Of a stretch of 10,868 nucleotides of DNA, positions 8,071-10,868 are shown in pieces. The translations under genes were made by a program, and so were the position numbers. A model generated the notes under the pieces. It was not told the origin of the DNA and made no database searches. It saw only the letters and a list, made by a program, of their open reading frames with translations. How positions within the stretch are numbered: the first letter of the stretch is position 1; each line of letters opens with the position of its first letter. The DNA is taken from NCBI GenBank assembly GCA_035623825.1, contig DASPSR010000026.1, positions 1-10,868 on the forward strand, in the 5' to 3' direction. Source of the DNA: Nitrospirota bacterium. Its GTDB lineage: Bacteria > Nitrospirota > UBA9217.

Positions 8071-8715
8071 TCAGGTTTTTTTCAGTTCTGCCGCGCTCCT
8101 TGCAGCATTCACGATATGCTTATAGGCACCACACCGGCACAGATTGCCGCTCATGCCTCTCCTGATCTCTTCATCAGTGGGCCGCGGCGTTTTCCGCAGG
8201 AGACCCTCAACGGCCATGATCTGCCCAGGCGTGCAGTACCCGCATTGGAAGGCGTCGTGTTCGGCAAAGGCCTGCTGTACCGGACCGAGTCCTTCGCCCT
8301 TCATCAATCCTTCGAGGGTTGTAATCTTCGAGCCCTCGACTTCCACGGCAAGGGTCATGCAGGCGTACCGAGGCACGTCATCGATCAACACCGTACAGGC
8401 TCCGCATTCTCCGCGTTCGCACCCAACCTTGGTGCCAGTCAAGCCAAGCCCCTCTCGAAGTACGTATAAAAGCGACCACCGCGGCTCGACGAGCAACCGG
8501 TAGTTGCGGCCATTGATCGTGAGCACAACTTTCGCCATTTCGCCGCGCTCGATCATCTCCGCCTCTGCTGCAGGCGATGCGTGCAGTTTGTCCGCCACGG
8601 CAAGCGTGACAGTGCCAGCGCCCATCGTCGTCAGAAACCCACGGCGGGTCAGCCCACGTGGTTTTTCTTGCTCCGTCTCTTGGTTTTTCTTATGGTCAGC
8701 TTTCTTGTTCTTCAT
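8071..8715 (-). CDS. paoA: 2x[2Fe-2S] subunit with twin-arginine signal (PaoA/YagT-like)
   Basis: LTRRGFL Tat motif followed by a hydrophobic stretch; GTKVGCERGECGACTV, ACMTLA, QCGYCTPG, GNLCRCGAY; SD TAAGGAG. The symbol denotes family likeness. Confidence 0.93.
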   Translation of the reverse strand: MKNKKADHKKNQETEQEKPRGLTRRGFLTTMGAGTVTLAVADKLHASPAAEAEMIERGEMAKVVLTINGRNYRLLVEPRWSLLYVLREGLGLTGTKVGCERGECGACTVLIDDVPRYACMTLAVEVEGSKITTLEGLMKGEGLGPVQQAFAEHDAFQCGYCTPGQIMAVEGLLRKTPRPTDEEIRRGMSGNLCRCGAYKHIVNAARSAAELKKT

Positions 8716-9090
8716 TCTGCTCTCCTTAATAAAACTTGTCTACAGTAGCAATAAACTTAATTGGCAGCATATGGCTGAATTATTTGGATCAAATGTATAA
8801 AATTGCAATGCCTTCCGATAGAATAATCTGTCTTTTCGAAAGAATCTCTGTCGCGGATCGATTGCAGAAAAGAATGTTTTGATTTTTACTGTACCACTTT
8901 TTTCATAGATGCATCGTTTGATGACGGCCGGGTTTGACAAAGGTCAGACATCAATTTCAAGAATAGCGCGGCGACGGGAAAATGGCAAGGTCATCTGTAA
9001 TATTTATTGTACCGTGGAGGTTGGTCGGAGTGTTTAGACAATTATTACGGTTTATGCAATCGTCAGTGCTGGCGAAAGAAAGGCGCTGTA

Positions 9091-9645
9091 AATTCTCAGA
9101 CCACGGCATTGCCCCTTGTGACAATTTCCCAGACGGACCACCTGCGGATCTCGGTGTATCTCGACCAGAAAGACGCGTCCTTTGTCCGCGTCGGGAACCA
9201 CGCCGTAATTTCCGATTCCTCCCGACCTGACATCAAGCTCGCCGCTTCCATCACGAGGACAAGCGGCCAGCTGGACCCGAAGACCCGAACGCTCCTTGCA
9301 GAGCTCGACGTAGATAATAAACAGGGCCTGCTAATGTCAGGAAGTTTCGTGCTCGTCTCTCTCAAGCTTAAGACAGCACCCGCAGTTGAAATCCCGGCCT
9401 CGGCTCTCTTGATGAAGGGTGAACAAGCCTTCGTAGCCGTTATCTCATCCGGAGAAAAGGTGAAATTCCGTCCCGTCATCATCGCGGACAGCGACGGCAA
9501 AACAGTCAGGCTCAGTTCCGGACTTGAGGAGGGCGAGCAAATCGTCCTGAATCCCGGGTTTGGGATATCGGACAACGAGCAGATACAGCCTGTCATGGTT
9601 GAGGAGAATCAGAGCAGTCAGCCTCCATACGCAAAGTCCCATTGA
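9091..9645 (+). pseudogene. 5'-truncated RND efflux periplasmic adaptor (MFP) fragment
   Basis: LDPKTRTLLAELDVDNKQGLLMSGSFV, IPASAL and V..SSGLEEGEQIV match the beta-barrel and membrane-proximal domains of MFPs. Signal anchor, lipoyl domain and alpha-hairpin are missing, the ORF-track N-terminus (9007-9090) looks non-homologous, and no RND permease follows. Confidence 0.8.
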
Positions 9646-9979
9646 TGGACACGGCAGGTTAAGACCCAAACCCCACGCCAATGCCAGCCGACAACCTCCT
9701 TAGGAATCTTTTTCACATCGGATTCAGGAAATGACAAAATGTCTTGGTTTCATTGTATGCTTCGTTACTGTTACACGCTGCTTCACACTGATGACAAATC
9801 ATCAAATAATCCTGTCTCCATGGATGTTTCCTCCGATAACCTTTTCCAGTTGATTTAAGCGGCATCCAGCAGACCGGCGAAGTTTGCGAAGACCTCCGCT
9901 TCTGACAATGATTTTGCCACTATCCGGCTTCTGAACCAATTGAGATCGAAAGATCCAATATGCGTCATCGCAAGGATAA

Positions 9980-10261
9980 GATTACGCAGGTAACGAGTGC
10001 CGGGGCTCTATGATTGCCAGCTGATATTACGTCACTGGCATATTGGGAGGGAGATGGGGTACTGTATGGCATTCCGATAAATTGATGATCGATGAGATCG
10101 ATGACGAAAAAACCTATGAACGATTCTACTATTAGTTACCGGATGAGGAGTTACAGTTGATCAGCAACTCAATGAAATGGTTGATATCCCAACTGGGTTC
10201 GGGCCCTTGTGATCGCCTCTTTTTACACGTAAAAGAAAATGAGCTACGAATAATCCCGTAA
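9980..10261 (+). pseudogene. Possible decayed gene fragment of unknown family
   Basis: One frame reads DYAGNECRGSMIAS*YYVTGILGGRWGTVWHSDKLMIDEIDDEKTYERFYY*LPDEELQLISNSMKWLI..., protein-like, with two internal stops (TGA 10022, TAG 10133). Confidence 0.3.
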
Positions 10262-10267
10262 CTCATT
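10231..10267 (-). terminator. Intrinsic terminator downstream of the tRNA 3' fragment
   Basis: Minus strand AATGAGTTACG-ggattatt-CGTAGCTCATT (11-bp stem, one G-U) followed by TTCTTTT. Confidence 0.6.
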
Positions 10268-10285
10268 GACTTAGATGCATTTAAT

Positions 10286-10309
10286 TGGCGTCCCCAGGGG
10301 GATTCGAAC
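10286..10309 (-). other. tRNA-Glu 3'-end fragment (T-loop to CCA); probable att core, not an intact tRNA
   Basis: Minus strand GTTCGAATCCCCCTGGGGACGCCA closely resembles the 3' end of bacterial tRNA-Glu. The sequence 5' of it supplies no T-stem 5' strand, anticodon arm or D arm. Confidence 0.85.
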
Positions 10310-10384
10310 ACTTGTCACCTTTTTTCCAATATCTTAATAATCAAGTAGATACATCGCTTTTAGACTTGTAAATAAGCTCTTTTT

Positions 10385-10405
10385 TAGTGCACAAGTAGTG
10401 CACAA
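10385..10405 (+). repeat. Tandem direct repeat TAGTGCACAA x2 (candidate integrase arm-binding sites)
   Basis: TAGTGCACAA-G-TAGTGCACAA, 11-bp period (about one helical turn), close to the att core. Confidence 0.6.
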
Positions 10406-10484
10406 AACGAGTATATAGCATCTTCCGCATTTTTTCAAGCATACCTCCCCTTTCATATCCTCTTTACTCGTGAAATTCAATCTT

Positions 10485-10493
10485 TGATATAAT
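10485..10493 (+). promoter_or_regulatory. Extended -10 promoter for the 61-aa gene
   Basis: TGATATAAT = perfect TGnTATAAT, about 30 nt before ATG 10523. Confidence 0.65.
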
Positions 10494-10522
10494 GAAGGCC
10501 ATCTCAACAACGGAGGGCAACA

Positions 10523-10708
10523 ATGGCTATCACCGCAAAAATTGAAGGCAATAAACTTATTATCACAGCGGACCTCGAAACGCCAACGCCAAGTGCATCA
10601 GGAAAAACGCTGGTCGTAGCAAGCACACGAGGTAACAAAGAAACAGATGTAATGATAGATGGTAAGCCTGTTATTATCGGATTGAATGCTTACATTAGGA
10701 AAAAATAG
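10523..10708 (+). CDS. Small beta-rich hypothetical protein (61 aa; SxSGKTxxxASTxGN / GLNxY motifs)
   Basis: SD GGAGG 6 nt before the ATG and its own extended -10. The motifs PSASGKTLVVASTRGN and IGLNAYIRK resemble an uncharacterised small-protein family (from recall, not searched). Confidence 0.85.
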   Translation: MAITAKIEGNKLIITADLETPTPSASGKTLVVASTRGNKETDVMIDGKPVIIGLNAYIRKK

Positions 10709-10776
10709 ATTCAGGCGCAGGCGTTGGACGCTAAATTCGATTCATAATTGAATAACGATAATACGAGCTAAGGGAA

Positions 10777-10868
10777 ATGAACGACAAGAAACCGAGGCAG
10801 AAAAGACGAAAAAGACAGAAGAAACATGATACAACTACATACTCCATTGAAATCACTGAATCGAACGT
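10777..10868 (+). CDS. Possible CDS start, runs off the right edge
   Basis: ATG 10777 gives MNDKKPRQKRRKRQKKHDTTTYSIEITESN..., open to the window end; weak, closely spaced SD (AAGGGA). Confidence 0.4.
   Translation, partial: MNDKKPRQKRRKRQKKHDTTTYSIEITESN

Larger units (their letters stand above)
10286..10868. mobile_element. End of a tRNA-Glu-targeting integrative element (prophage/ICE/genomic island), extends beyond the window
   Basis: Displaced tRNA 3' end, tandem arm-like repeats ~75 bp inside, AT-rich DNA and small hypothetical ORFs. No integrase is visible in the window. Confidence 0.6.

Noticed and set aside
4448-8772. 11-bp inverted repeat ATATGCTGCCA (4448-4458) / TGGCAGCATAT (8762-8772) bracketing the molybdoenzyme operon
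   Set aside because: Too short over 4.3 kb to exceed chance; no transposase or target duplication.
4534-8800. Many antisense and alternate-frame ORFs over the molybdoenzyme genes
   Set aside because: Shadow ORFs expected from GC-rich codon usage of the real genes.
10286-10360. Intact tRNA gene
   Set aside because: Only the last 24 nt are tRNA-like; no cloverleaf can be built.
10523-10708. Walker A / P-loop reading of SASGKT
   Set aside because: The leading Gly of GxxxxGKT is absent and 61 aa is too small for an NTPase fold.
1-10868. CRISPR array, rRNA, transposase or integrase gene
   Set aside because: No regularly spaced repeats or corresponding motifs seen by eye.

Overview
Bacterial window, probably from a Gram-negative organism (outer-membrane porin, Tat substrate). 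Positions 1-8715 hold mostly minus-strand metabolic genes: the 5' part of an OprB/MnoP-like porin (absent from the ORF track), mgsA, a 183-aa hypothetical, a nitroreductase, a YecD-like isochorismatase-family protein and a PaoABC/YagTSR-like molybdoenzyme operon whose Fe-S subunit carries a Tat signal. Positions ~9090-10260 hold decayed fragments, including the C-terminal part of an RND periplasmic adaptor. At 10286-10309 an isolated tRNA-Glu 3' end, with a terminator on one side and tandem arm-like repeats on the other, marks the probable edge of an integrative element that runs off the right end. The most novel-looking signal is the porin leader: a near-consensus sigma70 promoter, an unannotated 38-aa uORF with a perfect Shine-Dalgarno (SD), and a C-rich/G-poor tract across its stop codon. 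This suggests leader-peptide/Rho-type attenuation. All calls were made by eye; no database searches were run.
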